Part shown: positions 35,986-45,690 of the stretch, in pieces
Layout of the letters: each line of letters opens with the position of its first letter
Numbering within the stretch: position 1 is the first letter of the stretch
DNA from: a bacterium
Lineage (GTDB): Bacteria > Planctomycetota > Planctomycetia > Planctomycetales > Planctomycetaceae
Length of the DNA: 64,000 nucleotides
Assembly (NCBI GenBank): GCA_016124895.1
Contig: WGMU01000100.1
Location: forward strand, 1 to 64,000
Reading direction: 5' to 3'
Made by a program: the position numbers and the translations under genes
Notes under the pieces: model-generated
Databases searched by the model: none
The model's input: only the letters and a program-made list of their open reading frames with translations
What the model was told of the DNA's origin: nothing

Positions 35986-36824
35986 GGCTCGACGGCGCCA
36001 TTTTCGCGATCGAACAGCGATCCGTCGGCGGATGCATTGACCTGGCGGCCGTGTTTCTGCGCGAGCACTTCGCCGGGATCCTCAGACTGCTGGCCTGTTT
36101 TGCAGTGCCGTCAGTTCTGCTGACCTGGTGGCTGATCGCAGAACTGGAATGGACGACGTCGACCTGCCTGTTCCTGTTCGCTCTGGAGTCGCCGTTCTGC
36201 GGCGCGGCTCTTGTCGCCGCAGCAGGACATCGCGTTTTTGGCGAGCGGTTTTCCACGCGGACCGGCCTGCGGTTGGTGCTGCGCCGACTGCCGGTTCTGC
36301 TGTTTCTATTGACGACAGCTCGGCTGCTGACGTGCGCAGGAATGTTTCTGCTGCTGCTGCCGGGCTACGTCATCGCGACTCGCTACGGCTTTCTGTCTGA
36401 GATTCTGCTGCTGGAACTGTGCCCGCTGCGTAAGTACGAAACACGACTGAACGATCTTCTGAACGGAACGTTCTGGTCGCTGCTCGGTCGGCTGATCATG
36501 ATTCTGGTCTTCTTCAGTACGACGGTCGTTTCACTGTTTCTGTTCGTCGATCTGCTCTGCGGGACACTCTTTTCCTGGCCGATTCTGTCCGGCCGGATTT
36601 CGAGTCTGGCGTATGTTGACCGCGAACTCGCAACGCTGCTGACGGTCGATCCGCGCGTCGGTACGGTGCTGGTTGCCGTGCTGTGGTTTGTGTATCCCAT
36701 TGCCCGGCTCGCGTGGATGTTCTGCTATCTCGACGTCCGCATACTCAAAGAGGGCTGGGACATCGAACTCGATTTCCGGATTGAGGCCCGTCGCCTGCAG
36801 GAGCAACTGGAGGCGACGCTATGA
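35982..36824 (+). CDS. Polytopic membrane protein of unknown function. Start set at ATG 35982, overlapping the upstream stop.
   Basis: Multiple hydrophobic helices. In the operon, with ATGA-type overlap. Confidence 0.45.
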   Translation: MRLDGAIFAIEQRSVGGCIDLAAVFLREHFAGILRLLACFAVPSVLLTWWLIAELEWTTSTCLFLFALESPFCGAALVAAAGHRVFGERFSTRTGLRLVLRRLPVLLFLLTTARLLTCAGMFLLLLPGYVIATRYGFLSEILLLELCPLRKYETRLNDLLNGTFWSLLGRLIMILVFFSTTVVSLFLFVDLLCGTLFSWPILSGRISSLAYVDRELATLLTVDPRVGTVLVAVLWFVYPIARLAWMFCYLDVRILKEGWDIELDFRIEARRLQEQLEATL

Positions 36825-37606
36825 GACATCGTCTGCGGATCGCTCTGGTCCTCTTCGCCGTGATTTCATGCGCCGGGATTAACGCGCTGCCGGCTCGCGC
36901 GGACTCGACATTCACTTCCCCGCGCGCCTCGGCCGAAGTCCAGCAGACCGTTCACGATGTGCTGGCGGATCCCGAGTTCCGACATCTGCACGACAAACGG
37001 AACGAGGGAGACGACTGGTTCAATAAGGACAAGTTTCCGAAGTGGCTGCGTGACCTGCTGGACTGGCTGTTTCGCGATGACCGGAAACCGTCCGAGCCGA
37101 CCGACTCAGCCAGTCTCGCCAGTTTGCTGTACTACCTGGCCTTGACGACCCTGGCTGCTGCGCTCGGAGTTCTGCTGGTCGCCATCGTTCGCTCGGTCGA
37201 TCAACGGACCGCCCTGAATCCGTCAGACTTTGCAGGCGATGGCGAAGCGATCGAGCCGACTCGCCCACCCGGCGACATTCCAGCAAACGAGTATGAACGG
37301 CGGGCGCTCGAGGCAGCACAGGCGGGTAACTTCCGCGGAGCGCTGCGCGAACTGGTCCTGGGGGCAATGAGCTGGACCGAGCGGGCTGGACTGATTCGCT
37401 ATCGTCGCGGCCTGACGAATCGTGATTACGTCCGCGCGATCTGGCGAATGGTTGAGCGACGCGAATCGCTGCTGCAGATCGTCGCGGCGTTTGAACGCGT
37501 CTTTTACGGACGCCGCACCGCCGATGCAGCGACGTTCGAGGTCTGCCTGAGCGAGTTTCAGAAGTCATTCCGGACGGAGGCGACCGATGCGCAGCCGTCG
37601 AATTGA
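36821..37606 (+). CDS. DUF4129-domain protein
   Basis: Signal/TM, then YVRAIWRMVERRESLLQIVAAFERVFYGRR, which is typical of the DUF4129 C-terminus. Conserved genomic position upstream of DUF4350-MoxR-DUF58. Confidence 0.55.
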   Translation: MRHRLRIALVLFAVISCAGINALPARADSTFTSPRASAEVQQTVHDVLADPEFRHLHDKRNEGDDWFNKDKFPKWLRDLLDWLFRDDRKPSEPTDSASLASLLYYLALTTLAAALGVLLVAIVRSVDQRTALNPSDFAGDGEAIEPTRPPGDIPANEYERRALEAAQAGNFRGALRELVLGAMSWTERAGLIRYRRGLTNRDYVRAIWRMVERRESLLQIVAAFERVFYGRRTADAATFEVCLSEFQKSFRTEATDAQPSN

Positions 37607-38933
37607 ACTCCTCTGGCTGGTGCTGACCGGGCTGCTGGTACTGCTGAGCGGCTGGTGGCTGCCGGGTTCCGGCAATCTGCATACGGACTCGTACGGCGTT
37701 TCGTTCGCTGGCCGCAAGGTGCTGTACCAGACAGTCAGCCGGCTCGATGAGAACGTGCATCGCAGTGTCGACGAATTGATCCCGCGCTCTGGTTACGACG
37801 ACCGGCTGCTGATCCTCGGCCCGGCCCGCTATCCGACGGCGGAGGAATGGGAACGGCTTTACACAGCGGTTCTCGATGGCACGACGCTGATCTTTGCCGC
37901 TTCCGCCAGCGATCCGCACGTGGATACCGGGCCGTTTCAGGCGAAGGTCGTTTCCGAGTTCGGGATCATGCTCCAGCAGAAGCCCGACGATGACGACAAC
38001 GGGAAGGACCGCAGGAAAGACAATAAGCGTACCGCGAAGGACAGCGACGGCGATGAAGCCGACGCTCGAAGCCAGTCAAAGAATGCCGACGGCGGCTCAC
38101 CGGCGGATGAACTGGACTCAGGGAACAACGCCCAGGACGAGGGAGCAGACGAAGGCAGCGGCGAGCTGAGGCTGATGCTGCAGCTCGAAGGAAAGCCTGC
38201 CGAGACCGAACTGGTCGACACCCCGGTGAAGTGGAAGTCGAACGCCGAAATTGAAACCGAATTCGACGATTGGGACATCCTGCTGACCGTCGAGGATGAG
38301 CCACAGATCATCCGCCGCAGCTTTGGCCGCGGCACATTTCTCCTGGTGGCCTCAGACGAGATTTTCTCAAACGGCGCGATGCTCAATCCGGACCGAGCGG
38401 TACTCGCTTACCGGATTCTCCAAGCCGGCGGCCAACCGTTCGAGGCCACCTGGTTCGACGAGACTCTGAATGCCAGTGGCGTCCCTCAGGTGCTGGGAAT
38501 TCTGTTCGCCGCCGAGTTTCGACCGATCACGCTGCAACTGCTGCTGATCCTGATTCTGTTTGGTTGGCTGGGCTGTCGGCGATTCGGGCCGGCAGAGCAG
38601 ACGCAGCATTCGCGGCGGCGAAGTATTGTCGAACATGCGGAGGCTGTCGGCATCCTGTACCTGCGCGGCGAAGCCGGAGCCCATGCCGTGCGTGCCCAGC
38701 GCGAGTTTCTCCGGCAGGAACTGCGGCGGCTGTGCGGCCCCGCCTTTCGCGTCGATGATCCTGCCTCTGTCGCGCGGCAGGCTCAAACGGTCGAAGCCGA
38801 CGTGCGCGAACTGTTGGAAACGGTCGATGGCGTCGAAAAGTTTGACGCACCGCTGACGAATGCCGCCGCCGGACGTCTGCTCCGCGGCCTGTCGACATTG
38901 ATAACTCGAATCCGGAAAGAACCCCCTGTTTGA
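37587..38933 (+). CDS. DUF4350-like protein with an acidic low-complexity insert
   Basis: N-terminal TM, a D/E/G-rich region, C-terminal TM. Conserved position immediately upstream of MoxR. Confidence 0.45.
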   Translation: MRSRRIELLWLVLTGLLVLLSGWWLPGSGNLHTDSYGVSFAGRKVLYQTVSRLDENVHRSVDELIPRSGYDDRLLILGPARYPTAEEWERLYTAVLDGTTLIFAASASDPHVDTGPFQAKVVSEFGIMLQQKPDDDDNGKDRRKDNKRTAKDSDGDEADARSQSKNADGGSPADELDSGNNAQDEGADEGSGELRLMLQLEGKPAETELVDTPVKWKSNAEIETEFDDWDILLTVEDEPQIIRRSFGRGTFLLVASDEIFSNGAMLNPDRAVLAYRILQAGGQPFEATWFDETLNASGVPQVLGILFAAEFRPITLQLLLILILFGWLGCRRFGPAEQTQHSRRRSIVEHAEAVGILYLRGEAGAHAVRAQREFLRQELRRLCGPAFRVDDPASVARQAQTVEADVRELLETVDGVEKFDAPLTNAAAGRLLRGLSTLITRIRKEPPV

Positions 38934-39087
38934 CTCAGCGTCACAGGAGTGTGCCACTGGCTTTGCCTGTGCTCCAAAGAATTCGAGCACTGGCGGAGCC
39001 AGTGGCACACGGATGCACGGCAAAACGTCGTCGCCTCGAACTGCAGGACAATCGGGACAAGACGAAGACTGACCACACGAGGACACA

Positions 39088-40047
39088 ATGGAACTCGAAC
39101 GAATTGAAACGCTGTATCGCGAGTGCGTCGATGAAATCGGTAAGGTCGTCGTGGGCCAGCTTGAGCTGGTCGAAGGGGTTCTCATCGCGCTGTTCTCAGA
39201 AGGCAGCGTACTCATCGAAGGCGTGCCGGGACTGGGCAAGACGCTGCTGGTCAATACGCTCTCGCGAGTTGTCTCGTGCGACTTCGGCCGCGTGCAGTTT
39301 ACGCCGGACCTGATGCCCTCCGATCTGACCGGTCACAGCGTCTACAGCATGCAGGACCAGCAGTTTCATTTCACTCCGGGTCCCGTCTTTACGAATCTGC
39401 TGCTGGCCGACGAGATCAATCGTTCGCCGCCGAAAACACAGTCGTCGCTGCTGGAAGTCATGGAGGAAAAGCAGGTCACCGTTGACGGAGTCAGTCGCCA
39501 GGTCGATCGACCGTTTCTGGTCATTGCGACGCAGAACCCGCTGGAACACGAAGGCACGTATCCGCTGCCCGAAGCGCAGGTCGACCGCTTCATGTTCAAG
39601 CTGCTGATCGACTATCCGCCGCCAGCCGACGAGCGCGCGATCCTCGGTCACTATGCCGCGGGACGGAATCCGCATCGCCTGGACGGTTTCGATCTGCGTC
39701 GGGTTCTGTCGGCGGAAGACGTGCTGACAATTCAGCAGGCGGCGACGCAGGTCATCGTCGAGGAAAAAGTTGTCGGCTACATCGTCGAGATCATCGATCG
39801 GACGCGGAACTGGCACGCGGTGTCGGTTGGAGCGAGTCCGCGTGGCGGCGTGAACATGCTCGTCGCGGCCCGCACAATGGCCGCCTGCCGGGGCCGCGAT
39901 TTCGTCACACCGGACGATGTCAAGGAGATCGCTCCCTGGGTACTGCGACACCGGATTCTGCTGCGACCGGATGTTGAGATCGAAGGCACCGGCGTCGACG
40001 CTGTCATCTCAGAGATTCTCGACAGCGTTGAGGTGCCCCGCTCATGA
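39088..40047 (+). CDS. MoxR-family AAA+ ATPase
   Basis: Walker A GVPGLGKT, Walker B LLADEINR, and the sensor region typical of MoxR/RavA. 319 aa. Confidence 0.85.
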   Translation: MELERIETLYRECVDEIGKVVVGQLELVEGVLIALFSEGSVLIEGVPGLGKTLLVNTLSRVVSCDFGRVQFTPDLMPSDLTGHSVYSMQDQQFHFTPGPVFTNLLLADEINRSPPKTQSSLLEVMEEKQVTVDGVSRQVDRPFLVIATQNPLEHEGTYPLPEAQVDRFMFKLLIDYPPPADERAILGHYAAGRNPHRLDGFDLRRVLSAEDVLTIQQAATQVIVEEKVVGYIVEIIDRTRNWHAVSVGASPRGGVNMLVAARTMAACRGRDFVTPDDVKEIAPWVLRHRILLRPDVEIEGTGVDAVISEILDSVEVPRS

Positions 40048-41354
40048 CGCCGCGACCGCGTCTGTTGCTGCTCGCCGCGCTGGCTCTGCCGATCCTGATC
40101 GCTGGAGTCTGGCTGCCGCCGCTGCGCCACGCGTCGATCCTGTTCAACGGAGCGTTGATCGTGGCTGCCGTTGCGGATCGATTCGTCTCTCCACCACTGA
40201 ACCGGCTGCAGGTCGTACGCGAAGTCTCTGAAGTCCTGAGTGTCGGCGCGCGAAACCCGGTCGACCTGCATGTGCGCAACACGGCAAACACTCACGTCGA
40301 TGTTGACCTTATCGACGAAGCACCGTCGCGAGGGACGGCGACCGAACTGCCGCTGACTCTGAGTCTGCAGTCTGGCCAGGAACGCACGGGCCGTTACCAC
40401 TTTGAACCGTTCCGCCGCGGCCGCGCAGAATTCACCGCGGTCTACCTGCGCTCGGTCAGCCGTCTCGGCCTGTGGACACTGATCGAGCGTCGCGAACTGC
40501 CGACGCCGGTCCGCATTCTGCCGGACATTCGCGCCGTTTATCGCTACGAACTGATGGCCCGCCGCAATCGCCTCGAAGAAATGGGGCTGAAGCTGCATCG
40601 CCTGCGTGGGCAGGGCAGCGACTTTGAACGGCTGCGTGATTACCGCCGCGAAGACGAACTGAGGCAGATCGACTGGAAGGCGACGGCCCGGCACCAGCGG
40701 TTGATCAGCCGCGAGTTCAACGTCGAACGCAATCAGAATGTGCTCGTCGCCGTTGACTGCGGCCGGTCGATGCTCAACGAATCCAACAGCGTTTCGTACC
40801 TCGATCGCGCCCTCAATGCGTCAATCATGCTCAGCTATATCGCGCTCGGGCAGGGCGACAACGTCGGCTTTCTGGCGTTCTCCAGTCAGATTGAACGCTC
40901 AGTCAAACCCGTCCGCGGCAAGCCGGCGATTCAAACCGTCCTGCAGCATTCATTCGATCTGGAGGCCCGCCGCGACGCGTCCGACTATGTGCTGGCGATC
41001 GAACAACTGACGCGACGCTACCGCAAACGTTCGCTGGTCATTCTGCTGACACACGTGATTGATGAGCAGCATCTCGACGCGATCTGTCAGCCACTGCGGG
41101 CCGTCCGGTCACCGCACCTGTTTCTGTGCGTTTTTCTGCGGGACCTCGGTCTGACAAACCTGGCAACACGCCTGCCCGAAACAGACCTCGACGCCTTTCA
41201 AACCGCGGCCGCCGCCGAACTGCTGACGGCGATCGAACGCAAAACCGCGACGCTGCGCGAACGTGGCATCCTGACGCTCAGTTCCCTGCCCGACCGCCTG
41301 ACCGCTGACGTCATCAACGGCTATCTCGACGTCAAGGCCCGCCATCTGATGTGA
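40044..41354 (+). CDS. DUF58-domain protein (vWA-like, MoxR partner)
   Basis: DFERLRDYRREDELRQIDWKATAR is the canonical DUF58 motif. 4-bp overlap with moxR. Confidence 0.8.
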   Translation: MTPRPRLLLLAALALPILIAGVWLPPLRHASILFNGALIVAAVADRFVSPPLNRLQVVREVSEVLSVGARNPVDLHVRNTANTHVDVDLIDEAPSRGTATELPLTLSLQSGQERTGRYHFEPFRRGRAEFTAVYLRSVSRLGLWTLIERRELPTPVRILPDIRAVYRYELMARRNRLEEMGLKLHRLRGQGSDFERLRDYRREDELRQIDWKATARHQRLISREFNVERNQNVLVAVDCGRSMLNESNSVSYLDRALNASIMLSYIALGQGDNVGFLAFSSQIERSVKPVRGKPAIQTVLQHSFDLEARRDASDYVLAIEQLTRRYRKRSLVILLTHVIDEQHLDAICQPLRAVRSPHLFLCVFLRDLGLTNLATRLPETDLDAFQTAAAAELLTAIERKTATLRERGILTLSSLPDRLTADVINGYLDVKARHLM

Positions 41355-41401
41355 TCGCGACAGCCAGTGCGCCGGCAGCTCGCTGGCCGGTACCAGCAAC
41401 G

Positions 41402-41442
41402 AAAAACGGGCACGCTCCACAACGTTGCAGAGCGTGCCCGTT
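41402..41442 (-). terminator. Intrinsic terminator-like hairpin between convergent genes: 13-bp perfect stem AACGGGCACGCTC / GAGCGTGCCCGTT with a palindromic loop CAACGTTG, followed on the minus strand by UUUUU
   Basis: Direct reading. Located 45 bp past the stop of the minus-strand oxidoreductase gene. Confidence 0.6.
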
Positions 41443-41486
41443 CTGATGAATTCAGCATGCGGCCAGAGCAATCGCGTCCTGCTGAC

Positions 41487-42833
41487 TCAGACGCGGGCGA
41501 TCTCGAAGCCTTTGCGCGGTTCGCGTGCGAAGAACGACGCCGCCTGGTCGTCGCCAACAATCTGCTCGGCCTTCGGATCCCACTTGATCCTGCGACCCAG
41601 GCGGGCGGCGATCGCGCTCAGATGGCAGGTCGCCATCGCCTGGACGTGGGTGAAAACGTCCGAGACCGGCTGACCGCCCTCGGCGATGCAGCGATAGAAG
41701 TTGGCCTTGTGACCTTCCGGCTGCTTGCCTTTGAAGAGAGCCCGCACGTCGTCGTCGGTGTACTTGCCTTCGTCCCAGTTTTCTTCAATCGGCTTGCCGG
41801 TGATCTTGCCGCGGTTGACGAAGATGCGCCCCTCAGTGCCATCAAACGTGATTCCGTTGTCTCCACGGCTGGTCACGTGCATCTCGGTGTCGCCGAATCT
41901 GCAGACGATGTTGAAGTCGTGCGACGTGTTGTAGCAGTCGTCAACTGTCGGATAGCCGTCTTTAAACTCGACGGGATGCTTCGCGTCGGTTCCGTCGATT
42001 TCAGTCGGTCCCTGGCCGTCGCCGTTCTGGCCGATTGCCCACGTCGCAATGTCAACATGATGAGCCCCCCAGTCGGTGAACTTGCCGCCCGAGTACTCAT
42101 ACCACCAGCGGAATTCGTAATGGCAGCGTCGTTCGCGGTAGTCGACTGGCTGCGTCTGTCCCTGCCAGAAGTCCCAGTCGAGTTCTTTCGGAACTTCGGC
42201 CACTGGAAACGGGCCACCAGTCGGGCTGCCGTTGATCCCGACAGTCACTTTCTGAATGTCGCCCAGCAGCCCCTTCTGGACCATATTGACCGCTCGCAGA
42301 AAGAGGTTGCGTGAGTCGCGCTGCTGCGTTCCAACGATGAAGACCCGGTCGCTGTATTTGCGGCAGGCGTTGCGGATGAGCTGATTCTCTTCGAGCGTCA
42401 GTGTCAGCGGCTTCTGGCAGAAGACGTGCTTACCGGCCTGCAGAGCCTCGACAGCGATCTTCACATGCCAGTGGTCCGGCGTGACGACGCTGACGACGTC
42501 GATGTCGTCACGTTCGAGCACCTTGCGGTAATCGCCATACGAATCCGCTTTGCCTTTACCAATCCGCTCATCGTTCTTCGCCCGCTCGGCGTGCCGCGAA
42601 TCAACATCGCAAACTGCCAGGATGTCGCCGAACCCCGAATGGCCGTGAGCATCGCCGGTGCCCATACTCCCGACGCCGATGCAGCCGATCCGCGGCCGCG
42701 AATTCGGCGAGTCATTCGCAAACGCCTTCTCACTCCAATTGAAATAAGGCACCGCCGTCGCAGCGGCTGCCAGAGCAGACGTTGATTTCAGAAAGTCACG
42801 ACGAGTTGTTGCGGAAGTTCTTCGAGCGGTCAT
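41487..42833 (-). CDS. Gfo/Idh/MocA-family oxidoreductase with a TAT signal. Start set at the internal ATG 42831-42833.
   Basis: TRRDFLKSTSALAAAA twin-arginine signal, and IGCIGVGSMG...QKP Rossmann motifs. Confidence 0.75.
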   Translation of the reverse strand: MTARRTSATTRRDFLKSTSALAAAATAVPYFNWSEKAFANDSPNSRPRIGCIGVGSMGTGDAHGHSGFGDILAVCDVDSRHAERAKNDERIGKGKADSYGDYRKVLERDDIDVVSVVTPDHWHVKIAVEALQAGKHVFCQKPLTLTLEENQLIRNACRKYSDRVFIVGTQQRDSRNLFLRAVNMVQKGLLGDIQKVTVGINGSPTGGPFPVAEVPKELDWDFWQGQTQPVDYRERRCHYEFRWWYEYSGGKFTDWGAHHVDIATWAIGQNGDGQGPTEIDGTDAKHPVEFKDGYPTVDDCYNTSHDFNIVCRFGDTEMHVTSRGDNGITFDGTEGRIFVNRGKITGKPIEENWDEGKYTDDDVRALFKGKQPEGHKANFYRCIAEGGQPVSDVFTHVQAMATCHLSAIAARLGRRIKWDPKAEQIVGDDQAASFFAREPRKGFEIARV

Positions 42834-43205
42834 TGTTGTTCCTTCGTGATCAGACAGTTGTGGAGTTATTTCGTCGATCGCTGAGACATCGGCATCGCAA
42901 AATAATGTTAAGCGTTCGTCGATCAGATTCGCTACGACACGACACAGCGCATCGGCTGGCCCCACTCAAACTGACGTTGGGTGGCCGGGGCTGGACTGAG
43001 CCTGCAAAGGAAGCCCCGGAACCTGAAAGCACGGAATACAGAGACCGGGACTTCGCTCGTACCTCGCTCCAGCCCCGGCCACCCTGCGCAACAGATTCAT
43101 GATCACCGGCAATAGCGGCCACGACAGCCCTGCTCGAACTGGCGGGGCAGACAGAAATCGTCAAAGCTGCCGCATGATTAATGACTCTTTCCGGGAGGGG
43201 CTCCA

Positions 43206-44957
43206 GTGCGAACGGTTCAACGATGGATGAGCGGCGGTGTGGCGGTGGTTCTGTTGAGTGCGGCGGTTGCTGCCCAGGCTCAGCAGGTGCAGGAAAGCTA
43301 TCCGGAGCATCCGGATTCGGTGCCGCAGGACGGCGTGCCGCAGGGCAAAGTGCTCGGGCCGTTTACCTGGAAGAGCGACATCTTTCCCGGCACGGTGCGC
43401 GAATACGGCATTTACGTGCCGGCTCAGTACGACCCGGCGAAACCCGCCTGCGTGATGATTGTGCAGGACGGCATCGGCAAGGCGAAGGGCTGGAAACTGC
43501 CAACGGTGCTCGACAATCTGATTCACAAGGGCGACGTGCCGGTACAGATCGGCGTGTTCGTCAGCCCCGGAGTCGTGCCGGCTCTGCACGAGAATGCAGA
43601 AGCTCGTTACAACCGCAGCTTCGAGTACGACGGACTCGGTGATCGCTATGCCCGGTTTCTGATCGAAGAGCTGCTGCCGCACGTCGCGGAGTCGTACAAC
43701 ATCAGCACCGATCCGAATGACTGCCTGATTGCCGGTTCAAGTTCCGGCGCGATCTGCGCATTCACGGCGGCGTGGGAACGACCGGATCGCTTTCGTCGAG
43801 TGTTCAGCGCCGTCGGCACGTTCGTCTCGCTGCGCGGCGGTAACGAGTATCCGGCGCTCGTCCGCAAGTTCGAGAACAGGCCGATCCGCGTCTTTCTGCA
43901 GGACGGCTCGAACGACAACAACCTTTACGGCGGAAGCTGGTGGGTGGCAAATCAGGCGATGCTGTCCTCGCTGAAGTTCGCCGGCTACGACGTCAATCAT
44001 GCCTGGGGCGAAGGCGGTCACAACGGAAAGCACTCGACGGCCATTCTGCCCGACGCGCTCCGCTGGCTGTGGCGCGACTACCCCGAACCGATCACGCCGG
44101 GCACTCCGCCGTCCCGGCGCACGAACCTGATCATCCCTGGCGAAGACTGGGAACTGGTCAGCTCCGGTCACGAATACACGGACAGTCCGGCAGCCAATGC
44201 GAAAGGCGACATCTTCTTTGCTGACGTCGAAGCCGGAACGATTCATCACGTCACGAAAGGCGGCGATGTCTCCGTCTTTGCGAAACCAGGACGCGGCATC
44301 GGCGGGCTGATGTTCGGCCCGGACGGCCGCCTTTACGGCTGCCATCGAGCCCTGCGGCAGATCGTCACCTTCGACGCGAGTGGCCAGATGTCGAAAGTCG
44401 TCGGCGACGCGGAGTGCAACGATCTGGTCATCCTGCACGACGGCTCTGGCTACTACACCGATCTGGTCAACCGGGACGTGTGGCGGTTTGAACCGAACGG
44501 CCATCGCCGGCTTGTTGACAAGGGAATCGGTTCGCCGAACGGCATTTCCGTCTCGACGGACCAGACGCTGCTGTTCGTCGGAGATGGGGCGGGCCGGTTC
44601 ACGTACTCATTCCAGATCCAGAAGAACGGCGATCTCGCCTACCGGCAGGAATACGACCACGTCCACGTGCGTGATGCGGAACGGGCCAGCCGCAGTGACG
44701 GCATGGCCGTCGACAGCGAGGGCCGCCGTTACCTGGCAACACCGTTCGGTCTGCAGGTTTTCGATCAGCCCGGCCGCTGCCACCTGATCTTCAATCTGCC
44801 GCCTGGAGCCAACTGGATGTCGAACGTGAACTTCGGCGGCGAGAAGCTCGACACGCTGTACGTGACCTGCCGCGACAAAGTCTTCCGGCGGAAGATCGCA
44901 GCCACCGGCGTCCTCTCCTGGCAGGCAGCGTTCAAACCGCCGAAGCCGCGGCTGTAG
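43206..44957 (+). CDS. Secreted fusion of a putative esterase (PF00756-like alpha/beta hydrolase) and an SMP-30/gluconolactonase/LRE-like beta-propeller
   Basis: Signal peptide. The N-terminal ~300 aa carry the nucleophile elbow GSSSGA and His near the C-terminus (esterase D/enterochelin-esterase fold). The C-terminal ~250 aa have SGL-like repeats. Confidence 0.55.
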   Translation: MRTVQRWMSGGVAVVLLSAAVAAQAQQVQESYPEHPDSVPQDGVPQGKVLGPFTWKSDIFPGTVREYGIYVPAQYDPAKPACVMIVQDGIGKAKGWKLPTVLDNLIHKGDVPVQIGVFVSPGVVPALHENAEARYNRSFEYDGLGDRYARFLIEELLPHVAESYNISTDPNDCLIAGSSSGAICAFTAAWERPDRFRRVFSAVGTFVSLRGGNEYPALVRKFENRPIRVFLQDGSNDNNLYGGSWWVANQAMLSSLKFAGYDVNHAWGEGGHNGKHSTAILPDALRWLWRDYPEPITPGTPPSRRTNLIIPGEDWELVSSGHEYTDSPAANAKGDIFFADVEAGTIHHVTKGGDVSVFAKPGRGIGGLMFGPDGRLYGCHRALRQIVTFDASGQMSKVVGDAECNDLVILHDGSGYYTDLVNRDVWRFEPNGHRRLVDKGIGSPNGISVSTDQTLLFVGDGAGRFTYSFQIQKNGDLAYRQEYDHVHVRDAERASRSDGMAVDSEGRRYLATPFGLQVFDQPGRCHLIFNLPPGANWMSNVNFGGEKLDTLYVTCRDKVFRRKIAATGVLSWQAAFKPPKPRL

Positions 44958-44969
44958 CCGAAGACGCGG

Positions 44970-45647
44970 TCACTCAGTCCCATCACGCCAGTTCTGAGCT
45001 TCTCGCTGGCAGGTCACGACGGCGTCGCGGGCGAACTGGATGAGTTCCTCTTCGCGACCTTTGACTCGCAGTTCGGCGAGCCGCTCTTCACACAACGGCG
45101 CTCCGAAGACGACTCGAACAGGGGGACAAAACAAGCGAAAGCCACCGCGTGGCAGAGCGTCGCCGGCTCCGGCAATCCCCACCGGATAGACCGGCACTTT
45201 CGCGCGGCGAATCAGCGAGACGAAGCCCGGCTTGAACTCCCCGATGTTGTCGTCAACGCTCCGCGTGCCTTCGGGAAAGACTCCGACCAGAAATCCGTGC
45301 TCCATACGCCGCAGAGCGTTTCGCAGAGACGCGGTACTGGCTGCGTCGCGGTTGATCGGGATCACGTAAGTCTTACGCAGAATCCAGCCCACAACAGGCA
45401 CGCGAAACAGATTGTCCCGCGCCAGGTAACTGATCGGACGCCGCAGTGGTAGACCAGCCAGTAGCGGGTCAAGAAAGCTCTGATGATTGACGAGCACCAG
45501 TCCGCCACCTTCGATCGGCAGGTTCTCGATCGCGCGGGCGCGGTAACGCAGCCAGGCAGCGAAGACGAGTCGAAGGACAAATTGAAGCGTCAGCCAGACG
45601 ACGTTCCGTCGAGTCGGGTTCGGCAACGGCGGGTCGTCGGTCGTCAT
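44970..45647 (-). CDS. 1-acyl-sn-glycerol-3-phosphate acyltransferase (PlsC/LPLAT family). Start set at ATG 45645-45647.
   Basis: NHQSFLD (HX4D) and FPEGTRS motifs. Confidence 0.75.
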   Translation of the reverse strand: MTTDDPPLPNPTRRNVVWLTLQFVLRLVFAAWLRYRARAIENLPIEGGGLVLVNHQSFLDPLLAGLPLRRPISYLARDNLFRVPVVGWILRKTYVIPINRDAASTASLRNALRRMEHGFLVGVFPEGTRSVDDNIGEFKPGFVSLIRRAKVPVYPVGIAGAGDALPRGGFRLFCPPVRVVFGAPLCEERLAELRVKGREEELIQFARDAVVTCQREAQNWRDGTE

Positions 45648-45690
45648 CTCAGAATCGTCTGGGCGCGGAAAGCAACGGTGGCGCGGCGAC

